The translations under genes were made by a program, and so were the position numbers. This document shows positions 12,567-25,959 of a DNA stretch of 64,000 bases, in pieces. The stretch covers positions 56,544,001 through 56,608,000 of the forward strand of contig NC_043009.1 in the NCBI RefSeq assembly GCF_006345805.1, written 5' to 3'. Position 1 is the first letter of the stretch; each line of letters starts with the position of its first letter. The notes beneath the pieces were generated by a model that worked only from the letters and a program-made list of their open reading frames with translations, did no database searches and had not been told where the DNA came from. Source of the DNA: Octopus sinensis. Its lineage: Eukaryota.

Positions 12567-15500
12567 CTCCTGGCCTTCGTGCCGGTGGCACGTAAAAAAC
12601 TCCATCCGAGCGTGGCCGTTCGCCAGCCTCGTCTGGCACCTGTGTCCGTGGCACATAAAAAAACACCATCCGAGCGTGGCCGTTCACCAGCCTCGTCTGG
12701 CACCTGTGTCGGTGGCACATAAAAAACACCATCCGAGCGTGGATGTTCGCCAGCCTCGTCTGGCACCTGTGCGGGTGGCACATAAAAAGCACCCACTACA
12801 CTCACAGAGTGGTTGGCGTTAGGAAGGGCATCCAGCTGTAGAAACACTGCCAGATCTGACTGGCCTGGTGCAGCCTTCGGGCTTCCCAGACCCCAGTTGA
12901 ACCGTCCAACCCATGCTAGCATGGAAAGTAGACGTTAAACGATGATGAGGATGATGATGATATATATATATATACACTAACTTAAAAGCCGCACCACATG
13001 ATGGTAGTGGTGGTGTGTGTGTCCAACCATAGAAAATCTGCTTTCAATGAAAGCATGGAAAAGTAGACATTGAAATGATATTTTATATAAAAAAGAATAT
13101 TTTATACAAAAAATAAACTAATGTCATATTTATGTCATCTTTTCATCTGCAGAAGAAACTGTTGTGTTAGAATTTGCATCTTTGGGTTTGAATTATTTAT
13201 CAACGGAATATGTGAGCAAAGTAGAAATGTTGAATTCTCAAGCTTTTGAACCTTTAATACATTGTCTTAGCCATCATGATCCTGATGTCCAAAAGAATTC
13301 TGTTGAAGCTTTATCCCAGTTGGTATTGGTAAGTAAAACATTATGTATAGATCCTAAATCAATAACAATGAAAGTCAATCCATCCTTGAATCATTAAGCA
13401 TTATTTGTACTTAAGTATGGCTGTGAAGTTAACCTATTAAAGACCAGCTGGGTGGCATGGTTTGAAAGCTAAAACTAAACAAAGCGCATTGTGATCAGTG
13501 ATGTATAACAACATCTGATAGTCTGGTTGATTACATGATCACTTAGCTACTTAGGTGTCTTTGATTATATTTTATATTGCTTATTTTCATTTATACTTAG
13601 AGAATATTGTAAATATGAAGTATATAATGAAAGAAACAAAAAAGTCTTTATAATATTATTTATATCAAATTTAAAGTCTCTCCCCTGAAAACAGGACATT
13701 GGCCTTTAATGCGTTAAGCAGTTCACTTCCCAACCATGGGTTTTGAGTTCAGTTCCATTGACAGTATGGTGTTGTTTGAGGAGATTTGGCTGCTGTTTTT
13801 ATCAGGTTGAACAACCACAATGAGGCCACCTCTGTGGCTCTTTTTAGAGTTCTGTTTGTTTTCTTTTGGGGTGACATCAGGTGTAGTCATCTGTAAAGTG
13901 AAAGTATTTGTCAATTGTTTCACCTTTTTGATGACTTTTGTGTCCCTCTGACTGTACAGTCTCTTATTAGATTTGTACAAAAGTTGAGCTAGCCCTCACT
14001 CATAAAGGAATATGACTTGGTAGTATGTAGCATGTTTACGCTAATTGTCTTAGGGGTCTTATGTAATCATGAGCAGACATAGACACCCTTTCAACCTTAT
14101 CACCCTTGCCTCAGTAGTACGCCCAGGATGTAACAGATGGAGGGAAAGAGGACAGCACCAATACTTGGTTGGTACTTACAGCTGAGCCATGTGATAATAA
14201 ATAAAGTATCTTATGCAAGGACACAAAGCACTGCCCAGTACAAGAATTGAAACCATGACTTTATAATCACGAGCTGAACATCCTAACTATTAGGCCATGT
14301 GATTTCATTGAAACAGAGTTGTTTCTCAAATGAATATTAACCTTTGCAAAACTATCCCACTGTTCACATACATTGTTCAAGACTATTGTTGCAGTCTTTA
14401 AAGATTATATGTGAGCAGTGAAGTGGGCAGCACGTCTTAAATAAGACAATGACAAAAGACATCTGCACAATAAATAACTTTGTGTGCTAATGATATTGCT
14501 AATTTATGTATTGTGCAACATACAACGATGGGATTGTAGATGAAATTGGTGCTTGATTCATCTGAGAGGTACAGGATTCATATGTCATTCACATCTTTTC
14601 ACTTGTTCATCCACAGTGCTTCAAGTCTATTTAAGCAGAGTCAACAACAAATACATAAAGGATTGAGATAATAATGTGTTCAATGTTATGCTTCCTTAGG
14701 ACTTTCATTTGTGGTATTTACTGACCCATTTTCTCATACTTCTACTCACCTTTTGCCCTTGTCTCAAAATGTTAAGTTGCCCCTTCAGGGTTCATAGTTT
14801 TGTAGACTACATGATGGCCTCACTAGTGCTTGTGGCATGAAAATAGCACTTAGTACACACTGTAAAGTGGTTGCCATTAGGAAGGGTATCAATCTGTAAA
14901 AACCATGGCAGGGCAGACACTGGAGCATGATGTAGACTTTGGGCCCACCAGACCCTGTCAAACCATCCAGCCCATTCAGTATGGAACTCGGACGTTAAAT
15001 GATGATGATGATGATGATGATGTAATATTTAATGGTGTGAAATATTGTCTTGTAGAATTACCAATGTCAGCGAGTGATGAAGGAATTGAATGGATTTCCT
15101 CCAGTTCTTGAACTTTTGAAATCAGAATATGCAATAATACAGCGCCTAGCTCTATTGGTGTTGGAGAGATGTTCCCATGATGGTGAGTGACAGTCTGTGT
15201 TAAAATCCTTTATATTGAACTCTATTATTAAAAAATCTGGAAAAAACAAAAAAAAAATATTATTTTGTTATTTTCATTATATCTAATTCAGAGTTAGATA
15301 TTATTTATTACTGCTTAGAAATAATTTATTAGATCAAAGTAATTAAAACGTAAAGTAAATGTAACATTAAACTAAACTTCTCTATATAATGATTTCTTTA
15401 TTGCCCACAAATGGCTAAACATAGAGGGGAAAAACAAGGACAGATAAAGGGATTAAGTCAATTACATTGACCCCAGTGCATAACTGGTACTTATTTAATT

Positions 15501-17947
15501 GACCCCGAAAGGATGAAAGGCAAAGTCGACCTTGGTGGAATTTGAACTCATAACGTAACGTCAGATGAAATACTGCTAAGCATTTCACCTGGCATGCTAA
15601 TGATTCTGCCAGCTTGCCACCCTAATATATAATTCTCTATATAATAATGGCTGAAAGAAATGTTGGTTGATTTCTTTAGTCAACACTTTATATCGTATAG
15701 AGCAAGGGTCAATAAACTTTTTCATGGCAAGCCAGACAACTAAGAGAATGAGGAACATGGGTCACATAACTATTTTGTTTAATACAATACAGTGAATACA
15801 CAATAAAATAAAGACAACCAACATATTTAATTACCAAAAGGATATCAAGGAAGGTGACGCAAGTAATAAGATAGTTATATCACACCTAATGCGCACATAT
15901 CTGAAACTCACAAACTCAGTAGCAAAAAAGATTAGCGAGCAAAAAAGATTGTGAAACTGTTGTTTAGCTTTTAAGATGTAATCAATATTTGCTTTGTCCA
16001 TGCCGGTGGCATGTAAAAAGCACCATACGAGCATGATCGTTACCAGCGTCACCTTACTGGCATGTGAAAAAATATTCAAGCGAGGTTGTTGCCAGTGGTG
16101 CTGGACTGGCTCCTGTGCAGTTGGCATGTAAAAAACACCATTTGAGCATGGCTGTTGCCAGTACCACCTGACTGGCCCTCGTGCTGGTGGCACGTAAAAG
16201 CACCTACTACACTCTCGGAGTGGTTGGCGTTAGGAAGGGCATCCAGCTGTAGAAACTCTGCCAGATCAGATTGGAGCCTTGTGCAGCTATCTGATTCACT
16301 AGCCCCCAGTCAAATCGTCCAACCCATGCTAGCATGGAAAGCAGATGTTAAATGATGATGATGATGAATCATGAGAATTGCTTTCAAATGTTCATCAGTC
16401 AACCTTGTCTGATGTGCTGACTTCACACTCTTCAGATTTGAAAGTGTTTGCTCACAGACATAAGTTGTTCTAAACACTGCTGCCATACCAGAGGCAAATG
16501 CAGGTACTTACACTAAAGCTACAGAGTGGTGGTGGGCCAGATGAATTGACCTCACCAGCTGGATCCAGCCTGCAGGTCATAGTTTGGTGACTCCTGGTAT
16601 AGAGAGATAGGGAGAGAGATACAGAGAGAGAGAGAGAGAGTTAAAATAAGAAGTGTAGGCTTTGTGGCATGTAATGAGTGAAAAAATGCTACACACACAC
16701 ACACATGTATACATAATGTACACGCACACATTTGTGTGTACCACCCTCCCACACACACCTACAGTTTAATGATCTAAATAAATAAAATAATAATGTGCAA
16801 AATTAATCACAAGTCCAACATTATATTCAATTTAATATTTCTATTCATATGAAAGTGGAGGTACGTGGCTTAGTGGTTAAGGTGTCAGCACCATGATCGT
16901 AAGATTGTGGTTTCAATTCCTGGACCAGGCGACACGTTGTGTTCTTGAGCAAAACACTTCATTTCACATTGCTCCAGTCCACTCAGCTGGCAAAAATGAG
17001 TAACGCTGTGATGGAACACATACGCCATTGAAACCGGGAAACCGGGCCCATGAGCCTGGCTAGGCTTTAAAAGGGCACATTTATTTATTTATCATTATTC
17101 ATATGAAAGAGAGACTTGCTGGGTTGAGCTTTTGTTGATAATTTTTTTCAAAAGAAACTACTTAAAGAATGAAGAATGTAGAGAATGACTTGTTTTAGGA
17201 AAGATATTCTCTATGTAATTCCATAGAGACCAATTGATAACATGTCTGCTACATAAACCTGGGAGATTAGTTAGGCAGAATTAACATAGAAAAATAGTTA
17301 GAAATGTCTAACCCTTTTGTTACCATATTGCTGTTGAAATACACTGTCTTTGTTTTTGATTAATTTTGAAAGAATTTTGAAGAATTTAATGAAATAACTT
17401 CATTATTATTAAACTGGTATTTTGGAACATAAATTAACATGAAATTTTGATGAAAGATTTAAAATTTTTAATTTAAATCACTTCAAACATGAAGTTTGTA
17501 TCAGAGCCAGGAACAGTGGGAAAAGTATTAGCATAACAAAAAAAAAAAAAATTTTGTTCAATTTCCTAAAATTTTACATTTTTATTTTCCAGTCGAAAAA
17601 ATTTTGTTCAATTTCCTAAAATTTTACATTTTTATTTTCCAGTCGAAAATCGTATTATGTTGAGGGAACTGGATATTGTAAATAAGATGATATTCTTAAT
17701 TGGTCATCCAGATTGGCCTGACCTCCACATTATGGCTGTAATGGTCTTATCAAATATGATGGAAGATATTGAAACAGTCGAAGTGAGTCATATAAAAACA
17801 TTTCAGTTTGAAAGTTATTTTGTTGTGAAATCCTTACATCATTTTCCAAAAGTTGCATTACTCCTACCTATATTTTACAGACAACCTCTTACCATTCTTC
17901 TTTATATAAACATTAAATGATACAAAAATTGAATCAGAGAATGTATT

Positions 17948-18002
<55 letters not shown>

Positions 18003-18672
18003 TTTTCTGTGACCTTTTCTGGTGTGTGCCTATACCATCTTTTTTCTGTTGTTATTCCATAATGTTGGCATAGCTTCCAATGTATGTAGGTTCCAACATG
18101 ACAGAGTTGGAACCTACATACATTGGAAGCTATGCCAACATTATGGGATAACAACAGAAAAAAGATGGTATAGGCACACACCAGAAAAGGTCACAGAAAA
18201 CGAGAAAGCAACCATACTCTGGGATATGCCGATACACACAGATAGAGAAATTAAGGCCAACAGACCAGATATAGTTGTCAGAGACCAGGAAGAAAAAAAA
18301 TGCTTTCTAATTGATGTATCAATACCGGCTGATGACAACGTGTCTCTAAAAGAAATGGAGAAACTCTCAAAATACAAAGACCTGGAAATAGAGGTAACTA
18401 GAATGTGGAATCTGAAAACAGAGAACAATTCCTATCATAGTAGGTGCATTAGGCATGATAAAAAATATTCAGACAAATACATAACAAAAACACCAGGACT
18501 TACAAACACATATAACATACAGAAAATTGCACTACTAGGCACTGCACACATCCTACGCAGAACACTTTCCATACAATAACCATCAGAGCATCACAACAAA
18601 TCACAGCACATACCCAAGGCTCGGTAGTGAAGTGAAAGCACGCTATAAAAATAAAAATAAAATACTGAATAC

Positions 18673-18716
<44 letters not shown>

Positions 18717-19760
18717 TAATAATAATAATAATAATAATAATAAGAAATTAGGAGGGGCATCTTCCAAGAGGATTGCCTGTTCCCACTGGTCTTTGTACTG
18801 TGCTTGATACCACTGACATTGATTCTGAGGAAAGCAAAAGCAGGGTATGTATTCAAAAGCCGCCAACAAAAAGTCAACCATTTGTTATTCATGGATGACC
18901 TCAAACTTTATGGTAAAGATGAAGCCCAAGTCAGTTCCCTCATTGATATGGTGTATACTTTCAGTGCTGATACCAGAATGGAGTTTGGACTAAGAAAGTG
19001 TGGTGTGTTACTATTGAAGAAAGGCAAAATCAAATGTATGGACGGACTAATGATACCGTCGGGGGAGGTTATGAAGCAGATAGAAGAGATGGGCTATAAG
19101 CACTTGGGGATTTTGGAAATGGATAAATTGTTGGAGAAAGAAATTACAGAAAAATTTAAGGTGGAGTATTTGCTACACACACTGAGACTGATCCTTAAGT
19201 CGAAATTAAACAGATGGAATAAGATTGTAGCTATCAACACCTGGGTGGTTTCACTCCTTAGATATGGAGCAGTGGTAATCACATAGACAGTAGCCGAACT
19301 AAACAGCTTAGACAGTAAGACAAGGAAGTTGCTAACTAGATATGGGTCACTCCACCCAAAAAGTGACACAGACAGACTGTATATACCATAAAAAAGAGAG
19401 GGAAGAGGACTTATTAGATGCGAACACAGCATTAGAGCAGAAGAAAACAACATAGCATGGTATGTAAAAAATACCACATAACCACTATTACTAGAAGTAA
19501 GAAGGTCAGGCTTGTGTAGGATGAAAGATTGCAAAGATAAAGCACTATACAAGAAATTGAAAATGAATGAAACTGAAAATAGGTGGGTAAAGAAAAGTAT
19601 GCTTGGTCAATTTCATAGTTGAAGATAAGACAAAGAAAAAAAGATGGCTATGGATGACTAAAAGTGATTTAAAACCGGAAATGGAGGCTCTAATCTGTGC
19701 TGCCCAAGAGTAAGCACTAAGAACAAACTACACACACACACACACGCACACGCACACACA

Positions 19761-19798
<38 letters not shown>

Positions 19799-22700
19799 AC
19801 ATATAAACATATATATTTATATAAAAGGTTTCCTTTCAGTTTCTGTCTACCAAATTCACTCACAAGGCTTTAGTTAGCCTAGAGCTAAAGTATCGGGCAC
19901 TTGCTCAAGGTGCCATGCAAGGGGATTGAACCTGGGACCGCATGGTTGAGAAACAAGTGTTTTTTAACCACATAGCCATGTGCAGATAAACCTTTTGCCC
20001 TTCAATTACTAATTATAATTCTTTTTAATGAAAACTATAAAATTTAAGCCAAATACGATCAACTAAATTTTTATATTATTACTTTTGTTTCATGTGTAAA
20101 AATAAAATTATTTTTGGTTTCAGACATTCAAAGAAGGACTTGGACTACGGAAACTTATTGCTTTAATTACAGATCAAACACCACCTGAAGAAGAAGTACA
20201 GCCAAAGAAAGGGGACAAAAAGTCATCTAAATCAGGAAAGAAGGGTAAAGAAGGTAACTAGTTTTATCATTTTACTAGCAGTATCGCCCAGCATTGCTTG
20301 AGTTTGTTTCGACCCTTTAGAATTGAAACTTTTGAAAAGTAAAAATTTTGCATTATGTAGCTTGTTATTCTCTTTAAGTGAACATTTTTCTGGTTGAAAT
20401 ACACTGAAAAATGGCGACACAGTAGTAAAAAAATCATAAAAAATAGGGATTTTCATAGAAAAAAATGCACCTATTTGATGTAAATAATTTTTGGTATTAA
20501 CATGGTCCGATTTGAATTTTTTCTTCTATGGAAGAGCAAGCCTTCTTCTATCACACTCTCAATTTTGGTCAACTTGTGCTGCAGAGTCTTGGAGGAGATA
20601 GTGTTAGTTGAAGGCTACCAAACCTGCCACACACAGACAACTTCAGTTTTCTATATATAGAGAGATTTATACAATTATTCTACATTTTATTTTTAGCTGC
20701 ATATTGCAGTAGCATGTTTAGTTCATTGTGAAGGAATGTGGCTTAGTGGTTAGGGTATTTGGATCACGATCATAAGGTCAGGAGTTCAATTCTCAGTGGT
20801 GCGTTGTGTCCTCGAGAAAGACATTTTATTTCACATTTCTCCAATCTATTCAGCTGGCAAAAATGAGTGGTACCTATATTTCAAAGGGCCAGCCTTGTCA
20901 CATTGTGTCATGCTGAATCTCCCTGAGAATGTCATTAAGGGTCCGCGTGCTTGTGGAGTGCTCAGCCACTTGCACGTAAATTTCATAAGCGGACTGTTCT
21001 GTTGATCAGGTCATCTGGAGCCCTCACTGTAACCAACAGAATGCCAGTTTAGTCTATTTAGTTCATAATGATGATGATGGTGGTGGTAGTGGTGGTGGTG
21101 GTGGTGGTGGTGGTGATGATGATGATGATGATGAAATTATTGTATACAGTGCTCAGGTGCACCACAACTTGTCAAAAGTGCATATAAAGCATATGCAGTA
21201 ATGTACAAATGTCTGGGAAGTGAACAGTGTATGAGTCAGATACATGCTTGCGTGTGTATGGAGGGGAGAAAATCAGGTGTATGTTAAGAAATTCTGCAGC
21301 CTGGATTAAAGTGAAGCATGAAGATAGCATTTATTCATGTTACTGGCACAACTAGGATTCCCTTATACCTTGAAAGAGAAAATTAAATACTCAGTTTTCT
21401 AAGACTTGTATGCTTAAGGCAACTTCTTATCAAGAAAGTGATAAGAGAGAGGGTAATGATAGGAGTAAAGCCAGAATGGTGAATGAATGGAGCAAAAGTA
21501 CATTAACAGAAACACAGTAGTAAAGCTAAGAGAATTGTACATAGCTGTGTTGATGACTAACCCTTAATGAAAGTGTAGACTTCACTGTGTGGAGGTACAG
21601 GTATGGCTGCATGGTTAAGAAGTTTGCTTCCCAACCACATGGTTTCAGGTTCAGTCCTACTGAACATCAAAAGTTCTCAAACTTTTTGAGCCACTGCCCC
21701 CACCTCATAGCCACATAATACCCCCAGTGCCGCCACCCCTATTTTTATGTATAAATATATATTTTATATTTTACCAATTTATATATATACTATGAATCAT
21801 TTGATATTTAATATAACATATAATTTGTATACTATAATAATATTATAATAAATTCATAGCGTCCCCCAATCCACTGCCTTCCTCTCAATGCCTCCTTTTT
21901 CTCTACTGCACCCCACCACTGCCCCCTTAGGTACCAGCACCCACCTGGACCATCTCAATGCCCACCGGGTGGGGGGGGGGCACTTTGAGAACCTGAGCTG
22001 TACATAGTCATTTCATAATAATATAACTTGCACACATGCACATAGAGAACATTTTCTACATATTCATTCCACCATACACACATAGCATATATTCTTTCCA
22101 CTATAATATAACATATGCACATGTGCATACACAGTGTATATAATTTAACACATACATATGCACCAATACACAGCAGAAACTCTACACATTCACTCCACAA
22201 TATAACGCAATCGCACACATGCACACACAGACTGTATCATCATCATCATTTAACATCTATTTATCGTGCAGGCATGGTTTGTACAGTATGAGAGGAGGTG
22301 CTCAGCTGGAGAGCTGTACCAGGCTCCAATTGTCTGTTTTGGCACGATTTCTATAGCTGGGTGCTCTTCTCAACATGAACCATTCATTCCACATTAATAT
22401 AGTATAGCATTCACACACACACATGTATACATACACTCACACTCGTATGTACCCCCCCCCCGCCACAGCTCATATTCTATGCAATCACTATTCTATAAAC
22501 CCAACACAACAACAGATAGTGGGTTAATATCCAGGAAAGGAAGGATTGTGTTTCTTTATTACCCACAAGGGGATAAACATAGAGGGGACAAACAAGGACA
22601 GACAAATGGATTAGGTCGATTACATCGGCCCCAGTGCAAAACTGGTACTTTATTTACCAACCCCGAAAGGATGAAAGGCAAAGTCGACCTCGGTGGAATT

Positions 22701-23377
22701 TGAACTCAGAACGTAACGACAGACGAAATACTGTTAAGCATTTTGCCTGGTGCGCTAATGTTTCTGCCAGCTCGTTGCCCCTAAGAAAGGAAGGATTGGA
22801 TATCATTGTATCATTTTAATTGATTTTTCAACTTTCTATACATTTCTTTTACAATGTTTTATATTTGATATAGTGAAATCTGTGAAAGAAGAAGAAGTTA
22901 CAAGTCCAGCTGTTGATACAGTTTTTCCTCTTTTGCCTGATGTTAAATGTGCTGTTACTAAGGCAATTGGCAGGGCTGCTAGAAATGGTAATTTCTCTTT
23001 TTTTATACTTTTCATGAACTTATATATTGCCTTTTGAAAATGTTCAGATTAGAGTATTAGTTGCAATATAATATCTATTCTTTTTGCACAACACAGCATT
23101 AATCAGAAGGAATTAAATAAGTTTTAATATTGGAACCCCTTACTGGGTGTGTTTTAATGCTATTCCACATATACATCATCAGCTGCCCCACAGATATCAT
23201 TATGGTCTTGACACCTGGGCAGTACCATTTAATCCAGTGGTGTCAACAGCACTAAAATAAGTGTTGTTTGGGAACAAGCATACCAAAGAAACCACAACTT
23301 TCAACCACATTTCCCTATGTACAACTGTATCGGTAAATAAATTCAATAAGTAAATTTACAACCAACTCCTAAATACA

Positions 23378-23430
<53 letters not shown>

Positions 23431-25901
23431 GCCAGACTTTCTTAAAATATCTTACCTAATCCTGTGCATACATGGTTAGCCTTGCCTGATGGAGTCCCTT
23501 ACTGTCAAAGGAAGAGGAACATAGTCCAAGATCTTTTTCTCAGCCCCCCCCCCCCCAAAAAAAAAATGGTAGAGTGAAAGTAGAAAGTTATCCTCAGATG
23601 GGAGACCTGGCTTGAATATTTTGCAACAGAATGGATTTCACTAAAGACACTCTTGAATCAGGACCAGCCAGTGGTTCATCTCTACTTCAAAGTGGGATAA
23701 TATTGCTGTCCAATGGAAAAGAAAAAAACCCCAAAAGACAATGTTTGAGGGCTGATTGATACATGGCACCAGTGTCACTGCAAGTGTGGCAATCACAACT
23801 GAAAGGGCCAGAACATATACAGCAAGACATCTTAATCTAATCTCTAGCAGTTGTGCCAGTTCACTATGCTAGATTGGTACTTTTTATATTGACCCTGAAA
23901 AGATGAAAGGCATGGTGGAATTTGAACTCTGAGCATTACATAGTTGGAACAAATACTCGGAGACATTTTATTCAACTTTCTAATGATGCCACTTATTCAC
24001 CTCCTGAAACTCTTTTGTTACTGTATTTCTCTTGAATTACACCCTCTTTGTTTAAATTATGTAAAAACTCAATGAAGAATTTACAAAAGTAACTTTGTCA
24101 TTATTAATCTGATATTTGAAACATAAATTAACATGAAATTTTAATGAAAAATTTTAACTTAGACCACTTTAAGACTTCTCATAGAAATCCACATGAAATC
24201 ACCCCTGCTTCTATGTTATAAACATCCTGTTTTAAAACGGTCTAAATTAAAACCTCCAATAAAAATTTCCTTTAATTTATGTTCATAACATTAGCTTAAT
24301 AAATACAAATTCTTGTGTATTTTCAAAATTTTATTGAAACAAAGTAGTGCATTTCAACAGAACTATAGCAACAAAAGAGGTAAACAGGAAATTTGTCCTA
24401 GAGAATCAGAGGTGGTCTCAGGGAGGTTGGTATCAAAAGGCTAATTCATTTTATGAAGAATTTATAATATAAGTTGTTTGAATGACCATTTCTTCATTCA
24501 GAATTTCTTTTTTATTTGTAGCCGAGAGTCGTAAAATATTACATGAACTAGAGGTAGAGAAAATGTTGATTACTCTGTTGTCTCATGAAAACTCTTCTAT
24601 TCAGGCAGCTGCTGCCAACACATTAGCTGTCATGTGTGAAAATTTAACTTGTCGTCAGGCAGTGTTAGATTGCGGTAAGTAACTACACCTGTTAAGATAG
24701 TATTTCAGCCTTCTTTAACCCTTTCAATTACAACCGACCTGAGTCTGACTCTTATGCCAGAATACAATATCTCTTATTTTAAACTGTTCATAATCATTAT
24801 CGTCATCATCATCATCACCTACTTTTCCATGCTCGCACGGCTTAGATATAATTCTTTGAGGCAGATTATTCTATGGTTGGATACCTTTCCTGACACCACC
24901 TCTCACCTGTCTCCAAGCAAAGTAATATTTCCTCTTGGCTTGACATGTTTTTGTTGAAGATTGGTAACAATGTACACTGCAGGTATGATGGTGATGTTCA
25001 TCTACAACCATCAAGCAATGCCAAGATGTACAAGCGGTGTATTTCTCTTCCAATCTTCCGTAGTGTAAATATGTTCAATCATGGGTGTGTTACTGTCTCC
25101 TTGCCTTGACATCATGTAATAGTTGTAAATTTATGTTACTGGCATGCAAACGATATCCTTTGGTCATCTTTTGTGAAGGTATGTCTGGTTATGGAAGACC
25201 ATTACCTTATTTGAAAATAGGTGAGGATTGTGACAGGAAGGATATGTGGCCATAGAAAATGCACCACAAAATTCCCTCTCACTCATGTAAGCATGAAAAA
25301 GTGAATGTTAAAACAATCTTGATATTATATTGTTATACCTGGGGATGGTCATCTTTTGGCAATTAAACATGTGCACTATTTATTCGGTCTTCACTTTATT
25401 TCTATTATAAAATAATAATGATGATGAAATTATTGTATACAGTGCTCAGGTGCACCACAACTTGTCAGAAAGTGTGTATAAAGTATATGCAGTAATGTAC
25501 AAATGTCTGGAAAGCGAACAATGTATGAGTCAGATACATGCTTGTGTGTGTATGGAGGGGAGAAAATCAGGTGTAGTGTTGGCGAATCTCAGGAAGCATG
25601 GAAGTTTTGAAGGATGCAGTGCTCTGACAACTAACAACTGATGCCGGCAGTTTGTTCCATGCTTCAGCAACTCTCAGCATAAAAAAATTATCATTATTAT
25701 TTTTAGTTTATTCGTCTGCCAAAGTTCTTTTGTTGCATATTCTGTGACCTCTTTAGTGATTCTCTGTCCCATGTGTCTCCACTTGTCCTGCCTCTTCCAT
25801 TTTCATATTTTATTGGCAAAAGATGACCATCCCCAAGTATAACAATATCTGTTTCACCTCAGGTTTTCACATTAAGAATCTTGCAAAACAAATGCATAGA
25901 C

Positions 25902-25959
<58 letters not shown>

